From Octopus sinensis (lineage: Eukaryota): a stretch of DNA of 64,000 nucleotides. Position numbers and translations under genes: made by a program. The DNA lies in NCBI RefSeq assembly GCF_006345805.1, contig NC_043015.1, forward strand, positions 50,654,001 through 50,718,000. Direction: 5' to 3'. This document shows positions 1 to 12,259 of this stretch, one piece after another. The notes under the pieces are model-generated. The model was not told where the DNA came from, ran no database searches, and saw nothing but the letters and a program-made list of their open reading frames with translations. The number at the start of each line of letters is the position of its first letter. The first letter of the stretch is position 1.

Positions 1-206
1 GATCTTATCCCTGTGCCTAGAGTAGAAAAGAATAATGATATACACACATTTCAATGTATGTGTAACTTAAAAGACAAGTTACAGATTTGCATGTAGTTGT
101 CTATAAAATAATCATTCTCACCGATTTCAAATGAAATGTTCACATCTGGTGATCAGCTAACCTCAACAAGTACAGACATATAAATATGAGTATGTGTGTG
201 TATAGA

Positions 207-269
<63 letters not shown>

Positions 270-625
270 TGTGTTTATGCATCTGTTTAAGTATGTGTTT
301 CTGTATTCTCGTGTGTGCAAACATATGTGTGAAAGTATGTAGATGCTAAAGTTTTCTTATATTTATCTTGAGAATATTAATTTAAAATTTAATGTGTCTA
401 AGAACTATCATAAATATGCTTGTCCTGTTATTTAGATATTAATAACGTGGAATAATGCACTGTTTTTCTAGAGCCATTTCCCACGAGACCTCAAACACCG
501 AGTGATTTATAGTTTTATTACATATTTGTAAACCAAGATCAAACCACCCCACCACTCTCTACATATTATTATGCATATATTATATGTATAATTATATTTA
601 CTCACACACAAAATATGCATACATA

Positions 626-678
<53 letters not shown>

Positions 679-819
679 ACAAATAATTTGGACAAACAAG
701 TATAATTCAATTAGTGTGTTTAAATGTTGAGTATAGTACTAGCACAGTTTAGGCTATCTGTTGTCATCTGCATTTGTGGTACACTTCCGTTGATCTACAT
801 CAGGAACTTCTTTATCAAT

Positions 820-863
820 GTACCTGAAGAGAACCAACTGATGCATTGAAACGTATGTTGTAC
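820..863 (+). ncRNA. Minimal type I hammerhead ribozyme-like motif in a short Penelope-like element (~700-905)
   Basis: GTAC-CTGAAGA-(weak stem II)-GAAA-CGTATG-TT-GTAC. Stem I is GTAC/GTAC, stem III is the near-palindrome ACGTATGT, and AATAAA follows at 866-871. Element ends in (TA)n. Confidence 0.55.
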
Positions 864-914
864 CTAATAAAAGTCTAATACGAAATCCATGTCCTACTAT
901 TAATTAATACTATC

Positions 915-972
<58 letters not shown>

Positions 973-1024
973 AATATAGATATATATATATATATACTTT
1001 ATTTAAAAGCAGCAGAAATTCAAC

Positions 1025-1071
1025 AAAACCTGTTACTCGAAGTTTCACGTTTCCGTTCGTCGGACAGTTTT
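1025..1071 (-). ncRNA. Hammerhead ribozyme motif (U4C core variant) in a short PLE-like element 996-1156
   Basis: Reverse complement reads AAAACTGT-CCGACGA-ACG(GAAA)CGT-GAAA-CTTCGAG-TA-ACAGGTTTT, with stems I, II (GNRA loop) and III all formable. Same family as 59573-59836. Confidence 0.7.
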
Positions 1072-1153
1072 TATTAAATAAAGCATATTACTCTACCCCT
1101 GGCATTTGAGTACTCTTTTTTCCACCTTGTTTCACATTTATGTGTTTACTCCA

Positions 1154-1236
<83 letters not shown>

Positions 1237-1304
1237 ATATATATAGATATATACGTGTGTGTGTGTATATATATACACACACACACACGGACATATATAC
1301 ATAT

Positions 1305-1605
1305 GGAGGCACATGGCCAAGTGGTTAGAGTAGTGGACTTGCAGTTGAGGGATTGCATGTTCGAATCTCAGACCAGGCGATGTGTGTGTTTATGAGCGAA
1401 ACACCTAAGCTCCACGCAGCTCCGGCAGAAGGTAATGGCAAACTTCTGCTGACTATTTCGCCACAACTTTCTCTCACTCTTTCCTTCTGCATCTCACTTA
1501 CGACGGACCGGCATTCCGTCCAGATGGGGAACCTATATGCCAAAGAAACCAGGAAACCGGCTCTATGACCCAGGCGTGGCTCAAGAAGGAACAGACAACA
1601 ACAAC
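1305..1605 (+). mobile_element. tRNA-derived SINE, family C
   Basis: A-box TGGCCAAGTGG and B-box GTTCGAATC, (AAC)n tail. Pieces recur at 28805-28960 (-) and 29255-29390. Confidence 0.75.
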
Positions 1606-1674
1606 AATACATATGTATGCACATATATATGTATATATATATATATATGTCTCAGGCATCAGTGACGTTATAAC

Positions 1675-1826
1675 TCATTTCTACATTTCTACAACTGAGT
1701 GAATTGAAGCAATGTGAAATAAAGTGTCTTGCTCAAGAACACAACACGCAGCCCAGTCCAGGATTCAAACTCACAACCTCACGATCATAAGCTCGACGCT
1801 CTAACCACTGAGCCATGCGCCTTCAC
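1675..1826 (-). mobile_element. tRNA-derived SINE fragment, family C (GTGTTCTTGAGCAAGACACTTTATTTCAC body)
   Basis: tRNA-like head plus conserved body shared with 12260, 13108, 15280, 23885, 29395, 31170, 37815 and 46215. Confidence 0.75.
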
Positions 1827-2492
1827 AGATACACACATATTCACACATATACACACATATACATACATGCATACATACATATATGCTCATATAATATAAA
1901 ACTGACAAAAAATTACTATTTCCCCCAAAACATTTTTATACATTCTGAAAATGAAAATAAAAAAAAAATAATATAAATAAATGAATAAAAAGTAAAAAAA
2001 AATAATGCAATGCCAAAATAGTAAAAAACGAACGATTAAAGGTAACTATTTAACTCTAATGAAGAGTTCTACTAAATTTAAAATTGAGACAAAATTTCAA
2101 ATAAACCTGATGAACCAGGAGACATCAAAAACTAGTCTATGGATTATGTCTTTGGTCTCATTTCATTACATGGCGGTGGGGACTGTCCATTTTTTTTTTT
2201 TAGGTTTTGGTTTTTTTTTTTTGTTATGTTTTGTTGTATATATAAATATTTTTGTTTCCAAGACTACCACTCAGCTCCACTTAAACTGACACGTGTCATG
2301 TTGAAATAAATAAATGGAGAAATGAAAAGTGGGGTTTCTAGCCTGAACTTAAAGTGCATTGAGGTCAAACCCTGAAGAGGTACACTTCATCCTGAAGGGC
2401 ACCGTTTTTTTTAGGGAGTTCCTTTTTTTTTGTTTTTTTAATTAATACACTCATTAACCACTGTCGAAAATTTTATTAGTTTATATGTCCAG

Positions 2493-2660
2493 ATATAGCT
2501 GTGTGGTTAAGAAATTTGCTTTGCAATTGGGTGGTGATGAGTTGGGGTTCAGTCCCACTGTGTGACAACCTTGGCGTGGGTGTCTTCTATAATGGCCCCC
2601 AAAGCCAGCCAAAGCCCTGTGAGTGGATTTGGTAAATCGAAACTGCATGGAAACCTGTAA
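2493..2660 (+). mobile_element. SINE family A, degenerate 5' half
   Basis: GCTGTGTGGTTAAG...GGTTCAGTCCCACTG...GTGAGTGGATTTGGTA matches the other family A copies. Confidence 0.7.
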
Positions 2661-3497
2661 CACACACACACACACACACACACTTTTTAAAATGTTACGG
2701 AAATTAGTAAAATAAAATCGTAATATTAATGCTTTAGTATTTAAACTGACCATATGTTGCCCAAATTTTCTACCTTTTTATATTCACTCAGGCCAGATCC
2801 GGCTTCTCACACCTACCTTACAATGTCATTCTAAAAGATAAACAATCACTTCATCGAAATTTCAAAGCTACAAGATAAGGTGTGATTAATTCAAAACAAC
2901 CTGATTAAATATGCATTACATTTGACAGAGTAATCTGAATGATAAAAGGCTAAACTGATGTTTGGAACAACCATGGAATTTTGATAGAATGCTTAAATTT
3001 ACATCACTTGAAAGGACAAAATTTCTGTCATAGAATCAGGGATGGTCTCAGAGAAGCTGGTATCAAAAGGGTTTAAATCTGGATTTCAAAAGGGTTTAGA
3101 TTCAAACTAAAATCCTAAACTACTAGACATGAACCGATCGAAATATGGAATACGATAAAATTGTATCAAAAACTTGAGAGGATTTTGTTTGTAAATCTAT
3201 AGAATTCCTGAATGTCTGGTGTTGTCTAAGAAGATAATTTCGAGATGTACTTCTGGTCATAGCAACCAGCGTCTTTAGTGAGAGAGATTTGATTCTGCAA
3301 ACATTCTGTTTCAATGCAAGAAACCACATTAAACACACATGTATGGATTCATTTACAAACATATAAAAACCACACACACTTGTATAGGCACACACCCCAC
3401 TATTATATATAAATATATATATATATATATTATATATATATATGTATGTATATACACATATATATATTACAGATATAAATTATATTGCTCTCTCTCT

Positions 3498-3549
<52 letters not shown>

Positions 3550-3594
3550 CACATATATATATTACAGATATAATTATATCCGTCTCTCTCTCTC

Positions 3595-3640
<46 letters not shown>

Positions 3641-3991
3641 ACACACATGCACACACATATACACACACATATACAGACACACACACATAACACGAATGCA
3701 TACATATGTGCATGTACTTATACACGCTCAAGTGCACAAATATTCGCAAGCAAACAGATAATAAAATGGTGAAAAAACAAGAAAGAAAGAAAGAAAGAAA
3801 GGAGAAAAAAAGAAAGGAGGAAGAAAATATGCTTTATGAGAAAGCTATAAGGAAGTGGAGAACGGCAGCGGCGGCGGCAGTGATGGTGGTGTTGGTGTTG
3901 GTGGGTACATTTTATGAATTTTTGATATGATGTGAACAAATTGGCTGGAGATGGAAAGCTAAAAATAGGGGTGGAGGTGGAAGCTGGAAAG

Positions 3992-4041
<50 letters not shown>

Positions 4042-4427
4042 AGAGGAATTGGTAAGAGAGAAAAAAATAGATGATATAATGAAAAATATAGGGAAGAGGA
4101 TAAAAATAAAATAAGGTAAGATATATTGATTGTGACAGAATATAAAAATCAGTGAGGTTTTATACCTATACCAAATGGTGAAGTCTTGTTTGTTGCTTTA
4201 CGTTTTCTTTTTTTTTTGTTTGTTTTTCTTTTGTTTTATTTCATTTATCCTTTTTTTTTCTTGTTATTTTTCTCGATATCCTTCGCCATCCCCCCACCTT
4301 TCGTCCCCAGTTGTTGATTCCTTAAAGCATTCCAGGAAGTCTTCTTTATAAAGTAATAGACAAACACAACATCTTTATTGCCAATGCCATTTACTGTTGT
4401 TATGGCAACCTCTACTGCAGCTGCTTT

Positions 4428-5043
4428 TGATGATGAAGATGATGATTGTGATAATGATAATGATGATGATGATGACGATGGCGATGATGATGGTCGAGAA
4501 AGATAATGACGATGATGGTGATGATGATGATGATGATGATGATGATGCTGATGATGATGGTGATGGCAATGATGCTGGTAGCTGTGTGATGATGATGATG
4601 ATGATGATGATGATAAAGATGATGACGATGGCGATGATGATGATGGTCGAGAAAGATAATGTCAATGATGGTGATGATGATGATGATGATGATGGTGATG
4701 GCAATGATGCTTGTAGCTGTGTGATGATGATGATGACGATGGCAATGGCGATGATGATGATGGTTGTGTAAGATAATAACTATGATGGTTATGATGATGA
4801 TAATGATGGTGAGGGCAATGATGCTGGTAGCTGTGTGATGATGATGATGATAATGATGATGATGATGATGGTTGCTGTGATAATGATGATGATAGCGGTA
4901 TTGATGACGATGAAAGCCGTGATGATGATGACGAGAAGGAGGATAGCTGTGATGATGATGACGATAAGCTGTGATGTTGATGATAATGATGATAACGGTG
5001 ACGATATAGATGATGACGATGACGACAGCAACAGCTGTGATGA

Positions 5044-5077
<34 letters not shown>

Positions 5078-5315
5078 GGTGGTGATGATGATGATGATGA
5101 TGATGATGATCGTGGTAGCTGTGATCATAATGACAGTATCTGTGATGATGATGATGATGATGATGATGACGATGATGAAGATGATGATGATATATGACAA
5201 CGACGATGATGGTGATGGCGATAGCTGCAATGATGACGACGATGATTACAATAATGAAGAGGAAGACGAAGAAGAAGAAGAAGAAGAAGAAGAAGAAGAA
5301 GAAGAAGAAGAGGAG
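4428..5315. repeat. Compound (GAT)n/(GGT)n/(GAA)n trinucleotide low-complexity tract with internal higher-order repeats
   Basis: Directly visible. The block GGCAATGATGCTGGTAGCTGTGTGATG recurs at ~4565, ~4700 and ~4815. Confidence 0.95.
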
Positions 5316-5510
5316 GATATCTATATAGCTGTTGGAACTTATTCACATTTTCCTGCTTTTTCCTTTCTTTTATTTCTGGGCAATGTTCTATCTACCATTA
5401 ACAGAGTTTAAAACCAACTAATGCTTCCCAGTTTTCTTTACTGTCATATATAAACATTATATATAATGTTCTTTTCCCTTATATATAATGTTATAACTTT
5501 CTTTAATCTA

Positions 5511-5543
<33 letters not shown>

Positions 5544-5575
5544 TAAATACATATATATATATATATATAATATAT

Positions 5576-5610
<35 letters not shown>

Positions 5611-5833
5611 GATATATTGATTTATATATGTATGTAAGTATGTATATATGTATGTATGTGTGTATGTATATCAACTAATATGAACATATTTCAATTGTTT
5701 TATCAGATGTTTTAAAGCAGCAGAATATTTAAAAGAGAAGAGGGAAGGAGCAGAAAAATGATGCGATGCGTTAAAATACTCCATCTTGCAGTGCAAAAAG
5801 ACCAATTATGTTAATTATACTATACAGCAGAAA

Positions 5834-5977
5834 TATATTGATAATACAGTGTGTGTGTGTATGTGTGTGAGTGCGTCTGTAATGTACGTTAGTGTAATGG
5901 TAGCACACTTGTCGCAAATACATAGAGGTATGGGTTTGTGTCCCATGCATACAGCAAACCCTCTGTATACAATAATT

Positions 5978-6028
<51 letters not shown>

Positions 6029-6034
6029 TATTAT

Positions 6035-6090
<56 letters not shown>

Positions 6091-6291
6091 CACATATGTA
6101 TGTATATATATATATATTGATAAAACGGTAAGATAACAAAAGAAAGAAAGAGACCTCAATATTATGTAAATAGAGGAAATTTATCTATACAATATGTTAC
6201 ATTACTCGGTAGTCAAGATAAAACTCTGTGGATTTCGGCATCTGAAACTCAGAGTTTTATCTTGACTACCGAGTAATGTAACATATTGTAT

Positions 6292-6327
<36 letters not shown>

Positions 6328-6328
6328 A

Positions 6329-6363
<35 letters not shown>

Positions 6364-6435
6364 TATATATATATATATATAATATATACATATATATATA
6401 TATATATAATAATATAATAATAATAATAATAATAA

Positions 6436-6471
<36 letters not shown>

Positions 6472-6610
6472 AATTATTGTATACAGAGGGTTTGCTGTAC
6501 GCATGGGACACAAACCCATACCTCTATGTATTTGCGACAAGTGTGCTACCATTACACTAACGTACATTATACACACACTCACACACATACACACACACAC
6601 TGTATTATCA

Positions 6611-6615
<5 letters not shown>
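5834..6615. repeat. Large inverted duplication (arms ~5834-6118 and ~6297-6615) around a 47-bp perfect hairpin
   Basis: Unique sequence 5834-5985 is the reverse complement of 6465-6615 with a few substitutions. Inner perfect arms are 6182-6228 and 6250-6296. Confidence 0.9.
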
Positions 6616-6647
<32 letters not shown>

Positions 6648-6695
6648 TATATATATATATATATACATATATATATACATATATATATATATATA

Positions 6696-6804
6696 CATAT
6701 CATGTTGAAAGCACCGGTTCTTGTCCGATCACCGAAGTCAAGCAACGTCGAGCCTAGTTAGTACTTAGATGGGTGACTGCTTGGGAAACCTAAGTGCAGT
6801 AAGT
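6696..6804 (+). pseudogene. 5S rRNA-derived sequence (pseudogene or SINE head), lacking the first ~9 nt
   Basis: CATGTTGAAAGCACCGGTTCTTGTCCGATCACCGAAGTCAAGCAACGTCGAGCCTAGTTAGTACTTAGATGGGTGACTGCTTGGGAA matches metazoan 5S rRNA, including the A-box/C-box region, with several substitutions. Confidence 0.9.
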
Positions 6805-6816
6805 GTCACACATTGC

Positions 6817-6980
6817 TACACTCTCGGAGTGGTTTTCGTTAGGAAGGGCATCCAGCTGTAGAAACTCTACCAGATCAAGATTGAAGTCTGGTGCAGCCAT
6901 CTGGTTCGCCAGACCTCAGTCATTTGTCCAACCCATGCTAGCATGGAAAGCAGACGTTAAACGATGATTATGATGATGAG
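6817..6980 (+). mobile_element. RTE-associated short element with (GAT)n tail
   Basis: AGGAAGGGCATCCAGCTGTAGAAA...GTCCAACCCATGCTAGCATGGAAAGCAGACGTTAAACGATGAT. Related copies at ~7350, 20330, 34010, 34750, 35240, 45285(-), 56595(-) and 58105(-). Confidence 0.7.
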
Positions 6981-7075
6981 ATATATATATATATATATCA
7001 TTCAAAACAAATTTAAGAAAATGGAGATATAACATTTAATAGAAATTTATTATCTGCAAAAATCCAACATAGTAT

Positions 7076-7153
7076 CTTACAGCTGTTTCAATTAAGCCTA
7101 AAGATTAAAATAACAATTAGTAAATCATCATATTAGGCAAAATCTCATCAGAG
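7076..7153 (-). ncRNA. Hammerhead ribozyme motif with long stem II in a PLE-like element (~7000-7245)
   Basis: Reverse complement reads CT-CTGATGA-GATTTTGCCTAA...TTAGGCTTAATT-GAAA-CAGCTG-TA-AG, with palindromic stem III ACAGCTGT. Confidence 0.65.
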
Positions 7154-7825
7154 GGGTAGAAAAAAGATATACCATTAGGTTGTTAGGCATTGTATTTTAG
7201 AATTACTATCCCTTAATGAGGCTAGTTTAACCTCTAATTTAATACATACACACACGATGTGTGTGTGTGTGTCTGTGTGTGTAAAAGAGCATCACTGTCA
7301 TACAAACTATGTCTGTCCATAGGGAAATATTATTTTGTTTGTAAACAGGTAAGTGTTGGTGACAGGAAAGGCAATCCACCATATAAGATCTGCCTCAATA
7401 GATTCCTTCCAATGCATGCAAGCATGGAAAAGTGGACATTAAACCAATGATGATGACGTAGGTGTTCACAAGGACTCAGTCCGCATCCCCTTCCTGTTAT
7501 AATTTTCCAAAGTGGAACTAAAGTGTTTAAGACTACCAGACATCCATTGAAGCTGTTGTACATTAATGACATAATTTTCATATCTTGAATTTGTTGAAGA
7601 ATTAGAGAAGACATTGGAACATGGAAACAAAAGCCTAAAATGAAAAGGCCATCAAAGAAATCTAACAAAGACAGAAGTTCTAGTGAACAGGAAATAAGAC
7701 AGGACACATGCTGCCATCTGGCGAGTGACCATGTTCGATATGTGAGAACAGAGTAGATTAGAAAATCCATATTATGTATTCAATGTAAACTCTGGATGTA
7801 TAAGAGATATTGTCAAGTCATAAAC

Positions 7826-7997
7826 AGACGTAGGATTGGCTGTGTGGTAAGTAGCTTGCTTACGCACCACATGATTGCGGGTTCAATCCCACTGCGTGGC
7901 ACCTTGGAAAAGTGTCTTCTACTATAGCCTCGGGACCACCAAAGCCTTGTAAGTAGATTTGGTAGACGGAAACTGAAAGAAGCCCATCGTATATATG

Positions 7998-8092
<95 letters not shown>

Positions 8093-8290
8093 TTGTGTGT
8101 TTGTGTTTGTCCCCCAACATCGCTTGACAACCGATGCTGGTGTGTTTACATCCCTGTCACTTAGCGGTTCGGCAAAAAAGACCGATAGAATAAGTACTAG
8201 GCTTACAAAGAATAAGTCCTGGGGTCGATTTTCTTGACTAAAGGTGGTGCTCCAGCATGGCCACAGTCAAATGACTGAAACAAGTAAAAA
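7826..8290 (+). mobile_element. SINE family A, full length, with internal (TG)n
   Basis: tRNA-like head TGGCTGTGTGGTAAG...GGTTCAATCCC, body GGCACCTTGG, tail GGTGCTCCAGCATGGCCACAGTCAAATGACTGAAACAAG. Confidence 0.85.
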
Positions 8291-8360
8291 AAAAGAAGAA
8301 AAAAAAGACTGAGAAAAGAAGTTACAGAGGAGGCGTGCTAAGCAGTGTTAAGTAAAATTA

Positions 8361-8545
8361 CAATGTTGTTATCAGTCTGAATATGCTTAAGGCACATTTG
8401 AACCGAGGAACAAGGTTACTCACTGCATTTTGTCACGGCGCTGATTGAAGGGATTATATTTTCCGTGACAAAACTCACTGAGTAGCAGCTTGTTCCCCAG
8501 TTCTATTGTGCCCCTAAGCATATTCGAACTGATAGCAACATTACA
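8361..8545. mobile_element. Palindromic MITE-like element
   Basis: Imperfect inverted arms ~8361-8437 and ~8462-8543 (AATGTTGTTATCAG...TTTTGTCACGG / CCGTGACAAAA...CTGATAGCAACATT). Confidence 0.6.
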
Positions 8546-8759
8546 GTGAGAAAAGAAGGTACTTTGAAGTAGATATGGAAGAACAAATTAGTAGTGAGGG
8601 TACCTATAAAAATTCTTTTATAGTTTAAGAGAGCTCCCCAGGAGCAGTTGATAGTTTCTGTTATGCGTTCTGATTAGCAATGTGGTTAGGTATTCTGAAA
8701 AAATCACAGTAACCAGAGTAAGAGCAGGGTGGGAAAAGTTAAAGGGCAAATCGTATGAT

Positions 8760-9301
8760 ATTATTTACATTATTTACATTTGATAGATATTTGTCCTCAT
8801 CTTGTTTGTTGTTAAACACAACATTTTGGCTGATATAACCTCCAGCCTTCATCAGGTGTCTTGGGGAAATTTCGAACCTGGGTTCTCATTCCTAAGGTAT
8901 TCTTTGATGTTATTATTATTATCATCATTATTATTATTCAGGTCACTGCCTGGAATCAAACTCGGAATCTTGGGGTTAGTAGCCCACGCACTTAACCACT
9001 ACGCCATAAGCCTGTGGACAATTATGGAGTGAATTTTAGCACTTATAAATTTAATCTATTAGATTTATAAGCCCTAAAATTCACCCCATAATTGCCCACG
9101 GGCAGATGGCATAGTTGTTAAGAGCGTGAGTTCGATTCCAGGTTCGAAATTTCCCCAAGACACCCGATGAAGGCTGGAGGGTATATCAGCCGAAATGTTG
9201 TGTTAACAACAAACAAGATGAGGACAAATATCTGTCAAATGTAAATAATGTAAATAATGTGAAGAATGTACATAATTCCTCATCTCTTAAATATAGAACT
9301 G
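8760..9301. mobile_element. Head-to-head inverted pair of a tRNA-head plus hammerhead element (family H)
   Basis: Fold-back axis at ~9056. tRNA-like head at 8941-9007 (-). HHR motifs at 8816-8859 (-) and 9160-9203 (+). Tail ...CATCTCTTAAATATAGAACTG. Confidence 0.8.
9160..9203 (+). ncRNA. Minimal hammerhead ribozyme motif, family H
   Basis: ACAC-CCGATGA-A-GGCTG(GAGGGTATAT)CAGCC-GAAA-TGTT-GTGT. Family consensus across six copies is ACAC-CTGATGA-AGGCTG...CAGCC-GAAA-CGTT-GTGT. Confidence 0.8.
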
Positions 9302-9399
9302 AAACTGTATGATGTTGTGATGTTATATAATCAGGAATCCTGGGTGCTGAACATGGGGGATGTGCAAAGGTAAAAAGGAAATGGGGCTAGGGTCATTCA

Positions 9400-9785
9400 T
9401 TACATTAACCTTATTTACACACTGGGTGTGCAATGTTAGTGGATACAAGTGACTGAGCCTAAATGAGCCAAGAGAAAAAAGGGCCCCAAGAGGAGTCAGA
9501 TGCAATGTATCAGAAAGGAGACTGAGCTGGTTTGAGTATGTGGTGTGTATGAACATGTGGTGTGCATGGAGGATGACTGAAGGATTAAGAAATACCAGGA
9601 GATCCATGTAGAAGGAATTTTCAGAAGAGAAGGACCAAGTGGGGAGGGACATATGAAGAAGTGGTATTCTTAGAATAGTGAACCTCAGAAAAGAGACAAC
9701 AAAGAACCCACAACCAAAGTGTTGAGAAGCTGTTTTAGGGAAGACCCTGTCCAATGAATGCGAGCATGGAAAGACATAAAATAAA
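9400..9785 (+). mobile_element. Degenerate RTE-clade LINE 3' fragment (ORF2 C-terminus plus tail)
   Basis: Translates in part as RGVRCNVSERRLSWFEYVVCM, resembling the RRLRWFGHV motif of RTE ORF2. Ends in GTCCAA...GCATGGAAAG, like the (GAT)n-tailed short elements. Confidence 0.6.
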
Positions 9786-9808
9786 AATGAAGATGTGTGC
9801 ATGGGTGC

Positions 9809-9876
<68 letters not shown>

Positions 9877-10024
9877 ATTTGTGCTCAGTTCTCACCTTCA
9901 GAGCCAGGTGGAATAACAGATGCATTACTTGAAATTCAGGTAAGGGCTAGTGATTAGAAGGGAATCCAGCAGCAAAAGAATACTCCCGTAATACTTCAAA
10001 CCAATGAACTTATATTCATACACA

Positions 10025-10089
<65 letters not shown>

Positions 10090-10299
10090 ATGCACACATA
10101 CATATAACAAAAATATGTATAGAGAAACTCTTGTCTTCAATTCTTGAATTCCCCTTACAAAGCTGACAATTGTCTCTGTTGTATTAACGAATTTAATTCT
10201 TCAAAACGATATTTGGAGCTCCTTGTCATGCATGAGGAATTATCTTGGATGTGTCCTCTACTTGCATTCAATGGAGTCTGATTGATATCTGCCTGGATT

Positions 10300-10567
10300 T
10301 TTATATATAAATACATATATGTATGTATATATGTATGTGTGTGTGTGTATTATATATATATATGTGTATATGTATATATACACATATATATATGTATTAT
10401 ATATATATATATACATATGTATATGTGTATATATACATATACACATATATTATATATATATATAATATATATATATATATGTGTGTGTGGTGTGGATTAT
10501 ATATATGTGTATATGTAATATACACATATATATATGTATATATATATATACATAGTATATGTATATT

Positions 10568-10618
<51 letters not shown>

Positions 10619-10660
10619 GTGTGTGTATGTATAGATATATATATATATATATATATATAT

Positions 10661-10713
<53 letters not shown>

Positions 10714-11136
10714 GTATGTATATATATATATATGTATGTATATATAATATATGTATATATACATACATATATATAATATATATTATATGTATATATATAT
10801 ACATATGTATACATATACATACACCTACGATACACACAAACATGCATACAATGCACCCTATCTCGTATATATTCATAATTCATACACACATACACATTCA
10901 CAGACACACATATATATACATATATATATGTATATCATCATCATCATCATCATCTCATCATCGTTTAACGTCCGCTTTCCATGGGTTGGACGGTATATAT
11001 ATATATGTATATATAGATAGATAGATATAGATAGATAGATAGATAGATAGATAGATGTATAATATTATATATATATATAATAATATATATAATATATATA
11101 AATTATATATATATATTTATTTATATATATATATAT

Positions 11137-11177
<41 letters not shown>

Positions 11178-11275
11178 CTATATATATACATAATATATAT
11201 ATGTATATAATATATATACACACAACACACACATGCATATACATATCTATATTATATATATAGATAGATAGATAT
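10300..11275. repeat. Long (TA)n/(TG)n/(GATA)n compound microsatellite
   Basis: Directly visible. Confidence 0.95.
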
Positions 11276-12259
11276 AAAAGAAATCTACAGGAGGTCTATC
11301 ACATGCATGGTGGATATCACACAGCTGGCTGTTGTAGATGTGAGAATCTATATAAAACTGTTGCAGCCTCACGCAGTGGACTACTGTAGTGCACAGTTAT
11401 AATATAGTCGATAACATTGTATAATATAGAATATCAATATCACATAGAATGTATAATAATATCACATGCATAATGACATACATTACAGTATTGCAGGTAC
11501 AATATCTCCATGTATAACATTTCTGCAATACAGCAATTTAATTAATATAATGGTGTAGCTGATTTAATGGTGTTTATCAACACAGGTTGAATCTGATTGA
11601 GCAGGTTTATGATGAGAGACAATCCAGTCATGACCATCCTAATTTATACTTCAGAGTTAATATATCATGGACCTATGTATCTTCTTTTTAAAAAAAAAAC
11701 AGTAGGGGGTTTATTTGAGGAAGATTTGGCTGCTATTTCTAGCGAACTGAATGACCAGGTAGAGGCATATGTAAAACCTAATTAAATGAGATGTTGTTTA
11801 GCCCAAGGTTAAACTTGATCCAGCAGAATTATAATCAAAAGCTATTTCAGCCATAACCACCACTGGCATTTCATGGGTATTTAATCAAACATTCATTAGC
11901 TAATGGGTCTTTCTTCCATTAACCCTTTTCTTACCATATTTCTTTTCAATTGCACTCCCTTTATTGCAGTTAATTTTGAAAATAATGAATTTATCTAAAT
12001 AACTTTCTCGTTAACTTAGTGTTTGGAATATAAATTAATACGAAATCTTAAAAGATGATTTTAATTTAGATGATCAGTTTAAAAGAAAGAAGTTTGTATT
12101 ATAGAACCAGGTGCAGTCACAGGTGAGCTAATATCAAACAGGTTAAAAGAGCACAGTGAGATTTATAAAGATTTGGCTGCTATTTAAAGCAAGTCAAGCA
12201 ACTAAATAGCATGGCACTATAGAAAAGCACATTCAAGTAATGGCAAGTTCACAATAGCG

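Noticed and set aside
2107-2138. CTGATGA...AAAACTAGTC hammerhead-like spacing
   Set aside because: No pairable stem I or stem II, and G12 is missing.
2372-2405. CTGAAGA followed by a GGT...ACC hairpin
   Set aside because: Followed by GTTTT rather than GAAA, with no stem III.
4412-5411. Long His/Asp/Met-rich ORFs
   Set aside because: (GAT)n tracts are stop-poor in several frames on both strands, so these are not evidence of coding.
8941-9007. Functional tRNA gene
   Set aside because: No proper acceptor stem, and it is embedded in a repeated element, so it is a tRNA-derived head only.
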